Positions 61,338 to 64,000 of a stretch of 64,000 bases of DNA are shown piece by piece. The notes below the pieces were generated by a model that did no database searches, had not been told where the DNA came from, and saw only the letters and a list, made by a program, of their open reading frames with translations. The stretch lies in the NCBI RefSeq assembly GCF_009914755.1, contig NC_060939.1; one strand, written 5' to 3'. Made by a program: the position numbers and the translations under genes. This DNA comes from the human T2T-CHM13v2.0 reference genome, Homo sapiens. Within the stretch, counting starts at the first letter, position 1. Each line of letters starts with the position of its first letter.

Positions 61338-64000
61338 TCCCTGCTTCCTTAAGTGGGTGAGGTTGGTGGCTGGTCCACCTGCTCCAGGTGGATCCTTGCA
61401 GAGGTGGCTGGTTGCTCTTTGAGCCAGCTTGGCCTTGCCTGGCATTCACAAGCCTCAGTGCAACAACTGTGCTACAAATGGAGCCACACAGAAAATGACC
61501 AGCAGGCTCAGGAGCAGGGTGTACACTGCCTTTGGGGCTCCAGTCCATGCCTCAGGGCTCATATGGCACCGTGGGCTTCTTGGTTGCCAAGAGGCAGATC
61601 ACAGGCCATCTTGTGGAGGACTTTATGTTCAAGTGCAGAAAGCAGCCAGGATTACAACCTAGGGGACTCAGCCTTTTGTGACCCTGGCCAGACTTAGAAT
61701 TTGGCCCCAGGCATGACACGCTCACTCAGAGTAGCGTGTCAGTACCTGGGGCCTGTGCATGCCAGGCAAAGCCAAGCTGGCTCAAAGAGCAACCAGCCAC
61801 CTCTGCAAGGGTGTGCCTAGAGCAGTTGGACCAGCCACCAATCTCACCCCCTCAACAAAGCCGGGATGGCCAGGTTCCCACAGCCTGAGTGGCTGCCACC
61901 TGATGGCTGATGGAGCAGAGGCCTGAGGAAAAGCAGATGGCACTGGGGCCCTACCTTTAGGGTAGAAGAACTGAGGTACCATGTCTGGCAGCAAGTGATG
62001 TTGGTGGCTGGTCCACCTGCTCCTGGCACACCCTTGCAGAGGTGGCTGGTTGCTCTTTGAGCCAGCTTGGCCTTGCCCAGCATGCACAAGTCTCAGTGCA
62101 ACAACTGTTCTACAAATGGAACCACACAGAGGACATTAGAGGCAGGCTCAGGAGCAGGGTGTACACTGCCTTTGGTGCTCCAGTCCATGGCTCAGGGCTC
62201 ATATGTCACTGCGGGCTTCTTGGTTGCCAAGAGGCAGACCACAGGCTGTCTTGAGGAGGACTTTATGTTCGAGTATAGAAAGCAGCAGGATTACCACCCA
62301 GGGGACTTGGCGTTCTGTGGCCCTGACCAGACTTAGAATTTGGGCCAAGGCAGGACAAGCTCACTCACAGCAGCATGTCAGTAGCTGGAGACTATGCATG
62401 CCAGGCAAGGCCAAGCTGACTCAAATAGGAACCAGTCACCTCTGCAAGGGTGCACCTGGGACATGTGGAGCAGCCACCAACCTCAGCTACTCAAGGAAGT
62501 AGGGATGGCCAAGTTCCCACAGCCTGAATGGCTGCCTCCTGATGGCTGATGGAGCAAAGGCCTGAGGAAAAGCGGATGGCACTGGGGCCCTACCTCTAGG
62601 GTAGAAGAACTGATGTGCCCTGACCTGCAACAAGTGAGTTTGGTGGCTGCTCCACCGGCTCCTGGCACACGCTTGCAGAGGTGGCTGGTTGCTCTTTGAG
62701 CCAGCTTGGCCTTGCCTGGCATACACAAGCCTCAGTGCAACATCTGTGCTAGGTATGGAGTCACAGAGAGGAAATGAGCAGCAGGCTCAGGAGCAGGGTG
62801 TGCGCTGCCTTTGGGGCTCCAGTCCATGCCTCAGGGCTCGTGTGGCACTGCGGGCTTCTTCGTTGCAAAGAGGCAGACCACAGGCCATCCTGAGGAGGAC
62901 TTGATATTCAAGTGCAGAAAGTAGGCAGGATTACCACCCAGGGGACTCTGCCCTGGACAGAGATAAAATTTGGGCCAAAGCAGAACAAGCTCACTCAGAG
63001 CAGCATGTCGGTAGCTGGGGCCTGTGTATGCCAGGCAAGGCCAAGCTGGCTCAAAGAGCAACCAGCCACCTCTGCAAGGGTGCACCTGGAGCAGGTGGAG
63101 CAGCCACCAACCTCACCCACTCAAGGAAGTAGGGATGGCCAGGTTCCCACAGCCTGCATGGCTGCATCCTGATGGCTGATGGAGCAGAGGCCTGAGGAAA
63201 AGCAGATGGCATTGGGGCTCTACCTCTTGGGTAGAAGAAGTGATGTACACCGACCAGCTGTGAGTGAGGTTGGTGGCTGGTCCACCTGCTCCTGGCACAC
63301 CCTTGCAGAGGTGGCTGGTTTCTCTTTGCGCCAGCTTGGCCTTGCCCAGCATGCACAAGCCTCAGTGCAACAGCTGTGCTACAAATGGAACCACACAGAG
63401 AAAACAGAGCAGCAGGCTCAGGAGCAGGGTGTGTGCTGCATTTGGGGCTCCAGTCAATGCCTCCGGGCTAGTATGGCTCTGTGGGCTTCTTGGTTGCAAA
63501 GAGGCAGACCACAGGCCATCTTCAGGAGGACTTTATGTTCAAGTGCAGAAAGCAGCCAGGATTACCACCCAGGGGACTCTGCCTTCTGTGGCCCTGACCG
63601 GACTTAGAATTTGGCCTAACTCAGGACAAGCACACTCAGAGCAGCGTGTCAGTAGCTGGAGCCTGTGCATGAAAGGCATGGCCAAGCTGTCTCAAAGAGC
63701 AACAAGCCACCTCTGCAAGGGTGCTCCAGGAGCAGGTGGAGCAGCCACCAACATCACCCACTCAAGGAAGCAGGGATGGCCAGATTCCAACAACCTGAGT
63801 GGCTGCCTCCTGATGGCTGATGGAGCAGAGGCCTGAGGAAAAGCAGATGGCACTGGGACCCTACATCTAGGGTAGAAGAAGTGATGTACCCTGACCGGCA
63901 GTGAGTGAGGTTGGTGGCTGGTCCATCTGCTCCTGGCATACCCTTGCAGAGGTGGCTGGTTACTCTTCGAGCCAGCTTGGCCTTGCCTGGCATGCACAAG
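61338..64000. repeat. ~638-bp tandem repeat array (more than 4 units, continues past the window); each unit holds a ~100-bp sequence in both orientations
   Basis: Marker gaggtggctggtt at 61401, 62039, 62678, 63308 and 63949; its reverse complement (aaccagccacctc or a 1-nt variant) occurs once per unit. Confidence 0.95.

Noticed and set aside
61249-63999. Recurrent 60-190 aa ORFs in the tandem array; also considered as a CRISPR-like array
   Set aside because: Frames and stops differ between units, so the ORFs only mirror the repeat. The spacers are themselves repeated, and the DNA is eukaryotic

Overview
Human/primate genomic DNA, most likely a 15q11.2-type pericentromeric segmental duplication. 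The main feature is an intact 11-exon POTE ankyrin-domain gene on the + strand. I assembled its CDS (23819-54673) by hand: 1635 nt, 544 aa, two 37-aa Cys-rich repeats and no actin fusion, which fits the POTEB/POTEB2 type. About 11 kb upstream, head-to-head with it, is a CpG island that matches my recollection of the GABRA5 5' untranslated exon (partial GABRA5 duplication, - strand). The introns hold Alus, L1/L2 pieces, MER1A, MER58A, MST and ERV LTRs, a U6 retrocopy, and an unidentified 277-bp mRNA retrocopy that could form a cryptic terminal exon. Downstream are a decayed ANKRD26-like coiled-coil coding remnant and a rearranged old L1 carrying a 70-bp-arm hairpin plus the MIR3118 hairpin. These are followed by a 5'-inverted L1 and a ~638-bp tandem array, in which every unit contains a ~100-bp inverted repeat, running off the window end. 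Names rest on sequence recall, not database searches, and repeat boundaries are approximate.
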